Source: Flaccisagitta enflata
Lineage: Eukaryota
Length of the DNA stretch: 64,000 bases
Assembly: GCA_965153355.1 (NCBI GenBank)
Contig: OZ231126.1
Span: forward strand, 1,550,001-1,614,000
Direction: 5' to 3'
In this document: positions 24,538 through 39,265 of the stretch, in pieces
Layout: each line of letters begins with the position of its first letter
Position numbering within the stretch: position 1 is the first letter of the stretch
Position numbers and translations under genes: made by a program
Notes under the pieces: model-generated
What the model saw: the letters and a program-made list of their open reading frames with translations, nothing else
The model's database searches: none
What the model was told of the DNA's origin: nothing

Positions 24538-25233
24538 TTTAGTCGCGTGCTACGCGACTCTACACCCCGCTATGTCGGTCCGTCGGTTAGTTGGTCGGTC
24601 GGTTGGTCGGTTGTCCCCTTTTGGGCAGCGGCCCCGAAGGGGCCGATGACCTATGCTTTCACATAGGGGGAAATTTCTCCTTCTCCTTCTCCTTCTCCAG
24701 TGTCCCCCCCCCCGCTTGAAACCCGGTCTTGAGGCTCAAATCCCAATCTTGAGGCTCAAATCCCAATCTTGAGGCTCATATCCCAATCTCAAGGCTCATA
24801 TCCCAATCTCAAGGCTCAAATCCCAAACTCAGGGCTCAAATCCTAGTCTCAAGGCTCAAATCCCAGTTTCAAGGCTCAAATCCCAGTCTTGAGGCTCATA
24901 TCCCAGTCTCAAAGCTCAAATCCTAGCCTTGAGGCTTAAATCCGAGCCCTGAGGGTCACATCCCAGACTGAAGGCTCACATCCCAGCTGAAGTAAAAACA
25001 GCATAGGTCATTGGCCCCTTCGGGGCCGCTGCCCCTCTAACCACCTCACACTAACATGAACTCAAATAGGGGCATCGGGTACCGCTGACCATCTAACGCT
25101 TTTGCGACTATTTACATCGGCGTTTTTGAGCTTTTTGAGCATACGGCTCCTGCCCAGATGCGCTTGTGACCTTCTCCAGCACTGCTCCTGCCCACCCGCA
25201 AGCGACTAGGGTAGCCGTGTATCCGGCCTTGTT
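24538..25233 (+). mobile_element. Family B element with a complete family A element nested at about 24620-25112
   Basis: B head (tagtcgcgtgctacgcgactc) and B tail (gccgtgtatccggccttgttt) flank an A element with inverted repeats and 21-bp gaggctcaaatccca repeats. Confidence 0.8.
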
Positions 25234-25838
25234 TTTCTTTTTAGTCACTTTTAGATTGCTCGGTCGATTGCACCTCTGTTTAGGAAATATCCTGCTCCTG
25301 CCAATTGCCCATCCCATAACAGGTGTTCGAAAAAAAATTGTGTCGGTAACAAAAGAAGCTAGAAACGTGCGGTTTTTTGGGTGTCTAGATCATTGTTCCC
25401 AGAGTATAAATTTAAAAGATTTCTGCAGTAGCTTGTGTTTAAGTGGCCCTTTGCAAAGCTTAAAGAGTAGTTTTTGATAAGGAAACAGCGTTTTTCTACT
25501 GGTCTTTGCTGAAAGTTTGATTTGGGGAAGTTTTTTACTTGTTTTTTACTTGATTTACTTGGAAATCTTTATTGAAAAAAACAGAAAACCATACACCAAA
25601 ATGTCAGACAGATTTACCTCTACCAAATGGTACCTTGTTTGCGTTTGCGTGTCTACATACTCCACAGTGTGCGTATTCAACAAAAAACCTCTTCAATTTT
25701 TATTTGAACACCCGATACAAGAAAAGTAGCCGGCCCTATCGTAATTTGAAGCTAGATCGCCGTTGACCTTAATTACCGGAGGAATTGATCGGGAAAAGGA
25801 TATAGATTCATCGACTTTTTGTTTTGAGGTTGTTCTCT

Positions 25839-26078
25839 GAGGGCGTGTTTCTAGTGAAGATGAAAAACGCGCTTGTTCCTGTAAAACGCGTTTACAGCTT
25901 GAACACACATTCAAGAATCTCAATTGCCCCATAAGGGAGTGAGCAAAGTGAGTGAGCGAGTCTGTGAACGGTGCGAGTGAGCAAAGCACTGTGGAGCGAG
26001 TAAGCAGAGTAAGCGGTGCAAGTGAATGAATGTAGCAAGCGACCGAGTGGCCCGTTAGAAACACGATTGTCTGTGACT
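25839..26078 (-). mobile_element. Family C dispersed repeat (gggcgtgtttcta end, gctc/actc-rich core)
   Basis: Related copies at about 26795-27040 (+) and about 9530-9840 (+). Confidence 0.6.
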
Positions 26079-27057
26079 CCCCTAAATTGTGAAATGAATT
26101 TTGGAGAAAATAAGATTATGTATAGGGTGCATTTCAGTGTTATAGAACTGAATCCTCTTAAGACAAACGATTCATACGGTATTCATATGGTAAAAGGGAA
26201 AACAGAAGGAGCACCGGCCAACCAATCAACCCCATAACAGTCACACGCATGATTTCCGAAATATTCAACAAAATGTTTACGAAACAATAAAAAAAGAGAG
26301 GAAGTTCAGTCGTTGTTGTTGTACAACTTTGTTTAAAAGGCGAGAAAAAAAGTTGGATGCAAAAAAATTGTTAGGGGAGTGATTAACGTCATCATCGAGT
26401 TTGTTAGGATGAAAAAAAAAACGAGTGGAATATCTGCAGGGTTTGTTTACATATATTCATGATGAAAGCCCCAATATTTGCCCATAATGATTCGAATGGG
26501 CGTAAAATTCATTAAAAATCAAAAGGGAAATGAAGCATGCTTTAAAGCATGCTTCTGAATTAAGCTCGGTATATGCAGACAAAAGAAAAAAGTGAGTGGG
26601 TGACCCCTTATAGACAATATGGTGCACCTACGCCTCTGATACACTGAGGTCACCTTATTTGTTCACACTCCAGCTAACAGCATTCACAATGCACATTGCA
26701 CAAATTGGTAATCATGTGTCAGTGTAGATATTTAATTCTTTGCATTCTAAAGATGGAAATAAAATCAATCAGTGTGAACTAGCTCTGAATCGTTGGGCGC
26801 GTTTCTAGGCACAGATCACGTTTGCTATGTTTGTCTGCTTGCAATGGTCACTCTACTTTCTTTGCTTACTCGCTACACAGCACTCTGCTTTGCTGTAATC
26901 ACATCACTTGCTCGCTCCATTCACAGGCTATCCATTCTGCTGACTCTCACGTAAGTGAAATTCAAAAAAATTGTGTGTATGCTGTAAACGCGATTAACGG
27001 AAATGATCGTGATTCCTGTCTGCTGTAGAAAAACATCCAAAGGGTCTGACGCGGTTT

Positions 27058-28536
27058 TAGTCCAGTCTTTAAAAGGAATAAAAGCACAGATCTTGGCGAC
27101 TTTGGAGCAAAGCCTGAAAATTTGCATACAGGGTCAGTTTTTTGTGCTGAAGAAGACTAGATGGGGTACACGTCTGATTTTTCAGTGTACCCCATAAAAA
27201 AAAACGTGTTTTTTCCAAAAAAATATCTTTGAAGTTGCACTGACGCCAAACAAATGGACCGATCGTTATAAATTTTTAAGTGAAGAAAATTATGCCTTTT
27301 TTCTACTTGCATACAAAATGTCAGCAAAATCGGTTCAGTAGAAGCGGAGTTATTGCTGTTTAAAGTTTAGGCCTATTTTCAAAAAAAGGGCTTTGTTTCA
27401 ATTTTGGGGTAAAATTTAGGTTTTTTGAGCTATAAGTCTGAAATTGTTTTCAAACATTGACTATATCCTAATTGACCTAAAAAGCAAAAAAAATTTAAAA
27501 AATTTGGTGTTTTTTTCATTTTTTGGCTAAAAAAACAAAAAATCAAGTTTCAAAATTTAGGCGTGGTCTTCAAAAAGGGCTAGTTCAAGGAAAATATCAA
27601 AATCAATGGTGCCTACTTAATGAATCTGTTGCCATTAAGTGTACCAACTTATTTCCAAAATTTCAAAGGGGTACACTAACCCAAAAAAACAAAAAAACAT
27701 TTCAAAATATAAAGAAAAAATATGAAAATTTAGCATTTTTTTACCCTCTTTGATATATGAAAAAATTCAAAGTTTGATTATCAAGCTGAAATTTGGCTCA
27801 GATGTGCCCCTTACATATAGGGACTTGCATACAAAATTTTAGGCAAATTGCTTGAAGCGTTTGGCCATAGCATAACCAAATATCCCAGGAAGTCCAAAAA
27901 TGCAAGATTTTGGGATCTTTTTTTCTAAACTTTGAAATGATTTTTTGTCTTTTTGGGTTAACATACCCCTCTGAAAGTTTGGGAATAAGTTAGTACACTT
28001 GATGACTTGATTCCTAGAACTAGCCTTTTTCAAAAGTCAGGCCTTAATTCTGAAACTCAATTTTTTGTTTTTTTGGGCAAAAATATAAAAAAAACGGAGT
28101 TTTTTCAATTTCTTTTGTTTTTAGAGTAAATTGGGGTAAAATGAATAATCAGAACTAATATCAGACTTCTAGCTAAAAAAAAAACAAAATTTTACCCAAA
28201 AATGGAAACATAGCCCTTTTTTTTGAAAATAGGCCTAGACTTTAAATGGCAATATCTCCGCTTCTACTTGACCAATTTTGCTGAAATTTTGCAAGCAAGT
28301 AAGAAAAAGGCATATTTTTTCTTCATCTAGAATTTTATAATCATTGGTGAATTAGTTTGGCGTCAGCGCCACTTCAAAGTGTTTTTTGGGGGAAAAAATA
28401 CATTTTTAAAGGGATACACTAAAAAATCAGACGTGTACCCCATCCAGTCTTGTTCAGCACAAAAAACTGACCCTGTATGCAAATTTTCAGGCTTTGCTCC
28501 AAATTCGCCGAATCCTTTTCTTTAAATCCTGGACTA
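27058..28536. mobile_element. 1.5-kb foldback element, unclassified
   Basis: tagtccag..ggagcaaagcctgaaaatttgcatacagggtcagttttttgtgctgaa is mirrored at about 28450-28536; the arms pair over about 650 bp. Confidence 0.85.
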
Positions 28537-28987
28537 TTTTGTCTGTGACGGAAACGCGCGAGAGGTGAAATGACTTTGTTTAAATATGCAAATGATTATT
28601 TCGCATTTCTAAACCGTCTTCACTCTTGAGTCACTCTCGCCTTTATTTTTCTTCTCTCAAGTTGGCAGTTAATGTCATCGTCTTCCTTAGAGTCTTCTTC
28701 TCTGTGGTCATCCAGAGGGCTGGGTCATATTTGCGCATTTTGCAGATGCCCTTCCTTGAAGCGTAAACTGTATGGTGCATCTGGTTTTGGGCAGCGGCCG
28801 GGAGGATTCTGTGACCTATGCTTTCACACATATGGGGAATTTTCTCCTCCTTATTCTCCTCCTCCTCCTCCTCCCTCTTGAAATGAAGATTTGAATTAAT
28901 ATTGAGATGACAATTTGTATATTTATATTTCAGATTAAATTGCCTAGATAAAGACGGCATGGGCCGTCAATAATTTGGCAAAATTTC

Positions 28988-29488
28988 GTTTTTGGGCAGT
29001 GGCCCCAAAGGGGTCGATGACCTATGCTTTAACACATGTGAGGAATTTTCTCCTCTTCTCCTTCTTCTTCTCCTTCTTCCTCCTCCCCCCTCCCCTCCCC
29101 TCTCCCCTACCCCCATATCTCAGCCTGGTGGCCCATATCCCAGCCTCGAGGCCCAAATCCCAGTCTTGAGGCCCAAATCCCACCCTTGAGGCCCAAATCC
29201 CAAGGCCCAGATTCCAGCCTCAAGGGATTTGGGCTAAAGCTGGGTTTGTGCTCAGGGCTGGGATGGAAGGCCTCAGCGCCTGGGGCTGGGGGAGGGGGTT
29301 GGAGAAGAAGAAGAAGGAGGAGGAGGAGGAGGAGGAGGAGGAGGAGGAGGAAAATTCCCCATATGTGTTAAAGCATAGGTCATTGACCCCTTCAGGGCGG
29401 CTGCCCTGCTCCCCCTTCAACTTCAACCACAATCTACTTAAGCAGGGCACGGGTACCGCTGACCATCTGACGCTTTTGCGACTATTAT
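28988..29488 (+). mobile_element. Family A element
   Basis: ttttgggcagtggcccc..gcataggtcattgaccccttcagggcggctgccc..gggcacgggtaccgctgaccatctgacgcttttgcgactatt. Further full or partial copies at about 28788-28870, 35364-35670, 36982-37105, 39790-40100 and 60358-60935. Confidence 0.8.
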
Positions 29489-29494
29489 TCCGAT

Positions 29495-29570
<76 letters not shown>

Positions 29571-30246
29571 CTGGCGTGTCGTGAAAAAGTAGCTGACCTT
29601 GCTTAAAAGATCGTGAGACTTTTCTTTTGTACACACGATCAAGGTTCATTTGTTTGCCTCTGACATAACGCCTCTAATCTTTTCCATTTGACATAAGGCT
29701 ATCTGCCTCGTACATAGTCCCCTCTTCCTCGGACATTGCGCCTCTAGTCGTCTGCTTTTGACATGAGGCCCTCTGCCTCTAACATAGTCCCCTTTTCCTC
29801 TGACATTGTCCCCTCTTTCTCTGAAATTGTACCTCTAGTCATCTGCTCTTGAGATGAGGCTTGTTTGTTTGATTGTTTGATTGTCTGACTGTTTGTTGAT
29901 TTGTTGATTTGTTGATTTGTTTGTTTGTTTGTTTGTTTGTTTGTTTGGTTTTTTTTTTCTGTTTTGTTTTTATATCTCTCTTTTCCATTTCTTGACGCAC
30001 ACTCCTTTTCACCGCCCTGTTACCTCCTAACCCCATCAACCTTACTCTACTCTTTCACCTCGTGATCCCTTCACCTCAACCTCCTCATTACCTTTCTGCC
30101 TCTGCACCTGTTCAGCACCCCGTCACCTCTTGATCCCGTCACCTTCTGACCCTGTCACCTCTTTGCCTTAGCACCTGTATAACTTTGGCCCGCTCTGTCA
30201 GCCTTTTTTTCTCGTATTCGTGAAAAGAGGCTTTCCAAAAGGAGGA

Positions 30247-30295
<49 letters not shown>

Positions 30296-30372
30296 GAGGG
30301 TAAGAAAAACGTTGGCAAACAAATTATTCCGCGCAAAAATCCAATATTACGCGCGTCGCCGTCATTCAGACA

Positions 30373-30380
30373 ATGCCGCC

Positions 30381-30411
<31 letters not shown>

Positions 30412-30570
30412 CCGCTTCCACTGCCGCCGTTGCCGCCGCCACCGCTTCCGCCGCCGCCGCCGCCGCTGCCGCCGCCGCCGCCGCTTCCACAATTGCTGTG
30501 CCTCCGTCGGTATTCATGCGATTGCGGGTGCCGTCACCAAAGCGTCACCACCGCCGCCACCGCCGCCACT
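30373..30570. repeat. (GCC)n trinucleotide tract
   Basis: Direct reading. Confidence 0.9.
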
Positions 30571-31245
30571 CCCGCGCTGCGATATTTTTGCTTGTGTACT
30601 ATCATTGTTATACATGTGCCATGTTTGTTGTTTGTGTTTGTGCTATCACAGTTGTACATATGCCATGTTATGATGAATGAAGCCAGTCCCTGCTGTTGGT
30701 AGCCGATCTGCCTTCATAAGGGTCCTACGGCTTGTTTGTGTGCCATCGCCATTGTGCATGTGCGAATTGTGCCATGTTTGTTGTGTGTGTTTGTGCTCTA
30801 TCACCTTGTCGTTTATGTCACATTGGTTATGCAATGCGCTATCTTCATGTTCTAGTGCTGCCGTATATTTTCCCTTGTCGTCAGAGCATACACTGCTGCA
30901 GCCCTACAACTAGTCATATGCTGTATGGCAGTGATGTATCCCACCAATTGGTTTTTGTTGTGTCATTCATGCATTCACTGCGGCCGTCATCCTCGTGCCG
31001 TATCGCTGTCATGCACAGCTGGTTGCGTGTGTGCCCAAACGCGTTATGCACTGTATACCACGCTGCCATCCATTTGCGTGCGTGCTTGCGTGCGTGCATT
31101 CGTGTGTGCGTGCGCGGTCACTTTAGATTGTACGCCACCGCAATCTTGTGTACAAAAAGGAGACGCCACCGTAATTCACGGTAGCCGCCATTGCCACTGC
31201 CGCCTGCATATCTCACCACCTCTGCAATAAGCTTGTGCCATCTCA

Positions 31246-31361
<116 letters not shown>

Positions 31362-33679
31362 CCCTTTCAGCATCTCCATCTAAATGTGATCTACTTAAGG
31401 CGTTGGAAAATTCTCTTCATGACAAGTGTTCCTTCTCTGCCTGTTAGATGATGAGGCTTTTGATAACTTACCTCTTGGTGAAAATCATTTCCCCTTTCCT
31501 TATTACCTCACATCACCATTTATCAGTCGGTCATTTTCCTTTTCCTCATCACCTTACATCACCATTTATCAGTCAGTTTATTCAATGGCAATGTAATCAT
31601 TGTCAACAAATCATTGGCAAGCACGCCCTATTTTCCACAGAAATGAATCGATGTTCCCTTCACTTATCATCACTGATCAATAATAGATGAAAACCGTGTT
31701 TGCTCCGATAAATCAAAGTAAGATTGCCTGAAAAAGGTTTGCACGACCAATCGACAGACAGGACTGGTCAAAGAGGTATGCTGATGCGGATTTTAGTAGA
31801 ATCTCTGTCACTACTCGTGTAAATATTCTCTCCCCCTCCCCCCCGCATTATACCCAGTGCAAAGTCTTTCCACCACTTTCACTCTTTTCTGTCATTTCTT
31901 TCTCTCCCCACCGATTTTCCCTCCTCCAGACCTTCCCTCTTTTCTCCATAGTCCTTCCCCTTAAATAACTTCTAGTCTAGTCTCTCCGCCACTTCCACTC
32001 CTTTCTTCTGCCATCTCTTTCTCTCCCCCATACATTCTCCGCTCTTGCTGTGTATCCATTTTCCATCCCCCACAGATTCTCTTTCTCCCATGCACAACAT
32101 TCGGTGTAAAGTCTTTCTAACCCCCCCCCCACTTTTCCTCTTCACTCTACCGCGTTTGTTCGGTTCTCATCCCCCACATCCACAGTGTGGATTCCACACT
32201 TCTTATCCCTCCCTCCCCCCTGCATAGCATTCCCTCTTTTCTCCATAGTCCTTCCTTCTGCACAGCATCCACTTTCTCTGATCATTCTTTTGTCATCTTC
32301 TTCTCTCTCTACCCCAACAAAATCTCCCCGTTTGCCGCATTTATCCATTTCCCATCTGAATCCACGTGAATTCTCGATTTATCATTTCTGAGAATTGCCT
32401 TTCCATTTCTGGTTATTAGCCTTCTGAAGGCCTTCAACAGGCTGCTTTTCCTCCTCCACACTTTCAGATACGAATAATCGTCGGAGAATTAACTTTTCCA
32501 CATCGCGGATTTAATCAAAATCATCGCCCTCTTTCCCTAACAGGAGGACATCTCGCGTTCTTGGTTATTCAATTACATCAAGTTATAATGTACACGCCAG
32601 TAACAAATATTCGATTTTGTTGGTCCCGCGTAATTTGTTGGGTCGATTTTAGATTCAAACTTAAATCGAGAAATTTGGATTTTTAATAAAGAATCTACTG
32701 TTTGATTAATGCAAAAGTGCGGGTGATGATTATGGATGTGGAAGTAGAAACGCCGCATCCACCACCTCCGCTTCTGCTTTCGTTTCTTGCAGTTCAAATA
32801 CAAGAAGCTAACCCACCCACCACATCGGAAGTGGTCAAACGCTTCCACATCCCCAATTATGGCGCAGCCGCTGCTCAGAAGTGAAAGAGTTCTCTCAGAA
32901 AAAAAATCAAATTTACACTTACAGTGATTGTACAAAAAAAAAAGAAATAAACATGACAAAAAATATTCAAAACCCAAAAAACGAACAAAGGAGAGAAGCC
33001 AAGCAAGATGGCTGGTGATTGAAGTGATGTTAGCATCATAAGTTTGATTTGCATGTTGCGGTTTTTAAATTACCTTTTGTTTGCTATTGGCAGTGCGCCA
33101 ATTACAATCAATCAAAATCTGAAATCTATATCAAGTCACTGCTTTTACTAAAAACAGACGATAAACGGAACAATCATTAAGTTTGATTTTGTTCAATATT
33201 CTTTAATGTGTTGTAAAGCTTTCAAAACAGGAATTTATTGTGTATCAAATAATGTGTCAGATAATCCTTCAGACCTTCAGACCTTCAGACCATCAGATCT
33301 CAGAATCAGTATCAGCTCGTCATCCCAGGGACTGGTGTTCTGATGACCTTCTCCGACGCAGGACTTCGATGGCTGTAATCATAAGTGTATGACGCGGTTT
33401 CTCAAAGGACATCCGGGAAACTGTTTCAAGTCCCGCAGAGCTTCAAGTCATACAGGGTTTATGTCTTATTCAGTCATTCTCCATCTTAAAGGTTATACTG
33501 CATCTCATACTGGAAATAACAGCCTATTTTGAAAAGAAATCTCAGTCGCCAGCAACAATGGGTCTATGAGAAATGGGTCGATGATCATTTATGATTGATT
33601 CTAGTCTATGGCCACAACATCATCCAATTTCTCATTAATCGCGCGCTGACAGCAGACGCACTGTTTGCTAACGGCTTAT

Positions 33680-33817
33680 GACTTTTGCTTATGCTATTGG
33701 CTAAGGAATTTTGCTTATGCTATTGGCTAAGGAATTTTGCTTATGCTATTGGCTAAGGAATTTTGCTTACGATATTGACAATGACTTTTGCTTATTCTAT
33801 TGGCTAAGGACTTTTGC
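33680..33817. repeat. ~26-bp minisatellite (ttttgcttatgctattggctaaggaa), about 5 copies
   Basis: Direct reading. Confidence 0.9.
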
Positions 33818-34038
33818 GGTTAGTTGATGGTTTCCTCTTTAGATGGCCTCAGATTGTGCCATTAGTCTTGATTTAGGGTTTATTGACTAAATTGGATGAG
33901 CTCAATTACTGCTTTGTCCATCCCACACTCAGTTACCAGTGTTACATATCTGGTAGTACACCGTTTATCTGTGTGTCGTATCAGTTTGCGTTTGACCCCT
34001 TTCCTTCTTTTCTTTGACTTGGTCATTCAATCTGTTTT

Positions 34039-34163
<125 letters not shown>

Positions 34164-34939
34164 CATGCTGTGTGCAATTTCTATGAACCATCTTTCGCCT
34201 CTCCAATAACCGGTGGGAGTAAGGGGGTGGTTGTGGGGAGGGCGGATGCGGCCTGAATGCGGCCTGAGTGCGGCCTGAAAGCGGCCACCCGCCGCCTAAA
34301 CTCATCATTCCATGTCTCCACTCTATTCATGGTGTCATCACGCTGTGGAGCCAGTCTATGGTGCTTGGGAGACGACAACGACGACGACAACGACGACGAC
34401 GATGGTGACGACGACGACGACGACGACGATGACGACGACGACGACGACGACGACGACGATGGTGACGATGATGAGGATGAAAGAGTGGTGAAAGAGACGA
34501 TAGCCATGGTGATGATGAGAGGCTAAAAGAGGAAGAAGGAAGAAAAATTGAGGAAGAAAAGTCGAAGGAGAAGACGAGAAGGAACAGGAAGATGAGGAGG
34601 AAGAGGAAGAGGAAGAAGAAGAGGGGGGAAAGAGGAGGAAGAGGAGGTAGAGGTAGAGGAAGAGGAGGAAGGGGCGCGAGGGAAAAGCGATTACGTGGCA
34701 TCAAGGCGTGTGAACAAATTTTCTGCTCTTTTGTGTAGATGATCTGCTCCATTGACATCTCGTAAGACGATGATGGGGGGAACCACTCTAGTCCGATTCC
34801 AATTCTCAAAATGAGGCCAGTAAAGTCTCTATCCACTCAAGTCAGAATCGGACTTGAGTGGTTTGGTAACTCAACTACCCATTCGGTCTAGAGTGGTTCT
34901 CCCAATTACTGCAGATCGGACTGGAGTGGGGTATCTTCT

Positions 34940-35051
<112 letters not shown>

Positions 35052-35825
35052 TTCTCCTGACTGCATAATATCCTTTCCTCAACAAAGACTTGAGAAAAAG
35101 GTGAGTTAATGTCCCCAGTTGTGGTCGTGTTACTAAGCAACGTACTAAGCAACGTACTAAGCAACGTACTAAGCAACGTACTGAATTGCATACACAAGAT
35201 TTGACCATTGATTGGCGATGCCAATTTTCGCTCATTGGACTACGATCGATTGGCCAATGCTAAAAAGTGAGAAAGAGAGAGAGGCAGAGGCAACGAATTT
35301 TTAAACGTCCCACCTGATCCTCTCATCATACCTGTTTCAAAGCCCAAATGCTTGAGTTATCCTTTTTGGGCAGCGGCCCCGAAGGGGCCGATGACCTATG
35401 CTTTCACACAGGAGAAATTTCTCCTCCTTCTGATCCTTCTCCTCCTTCTCCGTCCACCCCCTTTGAAGCTCATATTCTAGCCTTGAGGCTAAAATCCCAA
35501 CCATGAGGCTCAAATCATAGTCTCAAGGCCCAAATTCTAGCCGCAAGGCCCAAATCCTAGCCTCGATGCTCAAATTCAATCCTCAAAGCTCAAATCCCAA
35601 CTTCAAGGCTCAAATCCCAACCTCAAGGCTCACATCCCAACCTTGAGACTCAAATCCCAGCCTTGATGAACGACCGACCGACCGACCGACATAGCGGGGT
35701 GTAGACTGTAGAGTCGCGTAGCAGGCTAAAAAGATTTCGGCAGAACATCATTGTGATATGTACAGTAACTTTTGAGTACAAAATATCATTTTTTCCTGCT
35801 CTGAAAGCTCCGCCACTTTCAATTT

Positions 35826-36056
<231 letters not shown>

Positions 36057-38067
36057 GTTCGGTATTGAGTTGTAGTGGCAGTGGTAGACGGAGAGGAGAC
36101 GGGAGGAGGTGATTCCATCTTTATTGTGGAAGCTGATAGAAAGCCAGGGGTAGATCGTGCTAAATACTCGCATTACCTAGCGTGTATAAAGTTGAAAATT
36201 CCCCCCACCCCACCCCCATGGGGGGGGGGGAAATCAAAGCGTTCGTAGATGGGGAAGAAAATCAAAGGGTGGATAAAAAGAAAAAAAAACAAAATTTTAG
36301 AAGATTTTACACTTTTGGCAGTACCAGTACCAGATACCACTACCTAGGGAATAAGTCTACGTTCACTTGAGGAGGATAATCATTTACTGATTGAATATCA
36401 AGAGAGTGAGTGGTTTTGAATATTAGGAGAGTGAGTGGTTTCTCTCTCAATTCAAAAATGTCATGGACCGACCGATGGACCGACATACCGACAGAGGGAC
36501 CAACGGACGGACTGACCGATACGCCAAAGTGTAGAGTTGAGTGTCCGCGTTTAAAAAGGGTCGAGTTGTCAAAAAGGCCCTGGCGCTCTCCACTACAGCA
36601 CTTTTCCTTGACGAAAAAAGAAACATGACACTGATAGGTCCATACGTATCGTGAAATTTTGATGACACGAAATTGGCTGAAATAATGATTCTTGTGTCTC
36701 GTGGCCCCTGCCCAGCCGCACTACAGCCCCGCCACCAACACTACCCCTGCCCAATCGCATTACTGCCTCTGCCCACCCGTTAACGACTACTTATTGGCCA
36801 TGTCCAGCCTTGTTTTCATCAATGTCATGGACAAAACACACAAACGAATGCATCGCAAGCTATCAGACAGACAGATGGATATGAACTTCACTGATTTTTT
36901 TTTTTAAGTCATGGACTAGCGACTCTTTCAGAGGCTTTGTCCATCCGTCGGTCTGTTTGTGATGATAGAGTAAAATGTGTTAGTAGTCGCAAAAGTGTTA
37001 GATGGTCAGCGGTACCCATGCCCTGCCTAAGTAGGTTATGCTTATAGTTGAAGGGGAAGCAGGGTAGCGGCCCCGAAGGGGTCAATGACCAATGCTTTCA
37101 CACACAACACGTCTAACATAAGTGGGTTGCATGAGCCTTTTACAATGGGAAGATCAGATGGATGTGAGGGACTTTGGATCAGGCCCCACCGGTTCAGCAC
37201 ACTCATCTGGCACTCTTTCTTGTCATTGGCACTTGTTGCAAACAGGATAAAATTATTGATTTTTTCTGTTTGGTTGGATTGTTTTTTTGAACGATTTCAT
37301 GATAATGTAAAGATAGACTTGGTTGTTTTTCATTACTAAGGATAGTTGTGATGGGTCCGGAATAAACACCAGTGAGAGCTCCAAAGGCTCTCATCCTTAA
37401 GTAAGGTAGGGTTGAGTAGTAATGTCGTCCAACTTTCATAATTAGGCGGAAAATTAAAATGATCAATATAGATAGTAAAAATGCCCTCGGCATGATGAAA
37501 TTTGACATGGAGATAGCTAAGACCTAACCATGCCAAAAATAGAAATGGCACATCTCTCTGACGTGCTTTGGCTCGGGAGTACGAGATTCAGGAGAAAATC
37601 ACATCTCTCTGACGTGCTTTGGCTCGGGAGTACGAGACTTTTTTTGACGTTTTTGCTATTTATTATTTTACAAAAAAATGTTTTTACTTTTTTCTTTAGT
37701 TATTTCTTATATCTAAAACTAGTAAGTGTTCCTGAAATAGTGAAAGGGCCCTGCCAGTCTAAGAATTGATAAAAAAAATCCATTTTTCCCAAGAAATGGA
37801 CGCAGAAATGATACAACGCTGATGAATTTTGGTCGTCAATGCAAAGCATCCCTCAAAGTCCTTGAAATGAAGGATAGTCTTATGGCATATCTGGATCTTG
37901 ACACAAAATGTCAAAATGAAGTAGCCAAACTCCTTCACTACCTGCTTCCTTCTTCTGTAGTTCATTATAAATAGACTATAGAGGTTCTTGTTGGCTAGCA
38001 TTTGATGGAGCCACTTCTTGGCATTCTGTCGGATCAGTAACCTAAACCAACTCATTTGGCTCTCATT

Positions 38068-38328
38068 CTTTGAATTTCCACCTAAAACACTCCCAAATTA
38101 TCAAAATTGAAGAAAAAATTGTTAGATTTTTTAAGGGGCCCCTGAGGGTGATTTTCTGAAATCTAAGGGTGTTCTAAGTGAAAATTCAAAAATTGCCATG
38201 GTGGCGCCAATTGTATTCACCTGAGGTATAAACCGTCATAGCAAGTGAGAAGAATGTTAGAGCCATTTAAGCTGTAAGGGGTGATGCAAAAACTTTGGGT
38301 CCCTCGCTCTTGTTAGGGTCCCGTCTGC
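38068..38328 (-). mobile_element. Partial uninterrupted copy of the MITE that hosts the hAT element
   Basis: Matches 52410-52600 joined to 58444-58515 in reverse orientation; ends ttagggtcccgtctg. Confidence 0.8.
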
Positions 38329-39265
38329 AATGTATTTTTACTTAAAAACCAATATTTTCACTCAAAAACGCTATAAATATATCAAAAATATGGTTGTTTT
38401 TGTTTTTGGGCCTCCCCAGGGTTTTTTTTCAAGGCACAGCCCCCAAATTGGTACAAACCCTAATATTTTGAGTCTACTGAGCCTAAAAAAGGGTAGCAAG
38501 CTCATTTCGTTACGGTGACCCGTTCTCGTACTCCCTAATCACTGGTAAGAGGCAAAACTACAAAAAATCTATGAGCATTTTAAAGAGCGTCATAGAATTA
38601 CCATTTGAGTGGTGTCAGAAAGTTTCAGCTCAAAAACAAAAAAAAGTTAAACAATTTCAAGCTAAAATGTCAATATCTCATATTGCCAGGGAAGTGATTG
38701 TCAAAGTTTTTCATTGTTTTCATTGTATTTCTGTCCATGTTTACTTAAACAATAAAAAATTCATGACGAAAAAAAAAATTGGAAAATTTTCATTAAAATG
38801 CCGCCAAGCAGAAATTTTTAGCTTGATCCGTTTAGAAATTATAATCAAATGAAAGTGAGAGGTTTGGTTCAGAGAGTCAAATAAATATGCTTTTTTTCAG
38901 CGATTGCGATATTGACATTTGGAGTTAGAATTGTTGTAACTTTTAAAATTATTGAGCTAGAATTTTCTGACACCACTCAAATGATAGATCTGTTGAAGCT
39001 CTTTAAAATGCTCATGAATTTTTTTAAGGTTTTGCCTCTAAATAATGGGGCAAGCAAGTCAAAGCGATGTGCCATTTTTTTTTTTTGGACATGGTTAGTA
39101 TTTTGACGTAGTAAAGTGATGTTGGCGACTTTCCTGCATGTAGGGCGTGATGGAGGGTGTTTTACCGAAAATGAGGTGACAATTTTTTGCTGATTTGTAC
39201 GGGGAAAATGTAGCAAAGTGGAAGACATTTACCGTTGGTCATTTTAAGAAGATGGAATACAAAAA

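Noticed and set aside
30139..30702. Poly-Pro/Ala/Arg ORFs
   Set aside because: Products of a (GCC)n tract; no domain or supported splice structure.
32702..32884. Possible small exon (MDVEVETPHPPPP...)
   Set aside because: No recognisable homology or partner exons; cannot be supported.
34181..34836. Poly-Asp/Ser and Glu/Arg-rich ORFs
   Set aside because: Simple GAC and purine repeats only.
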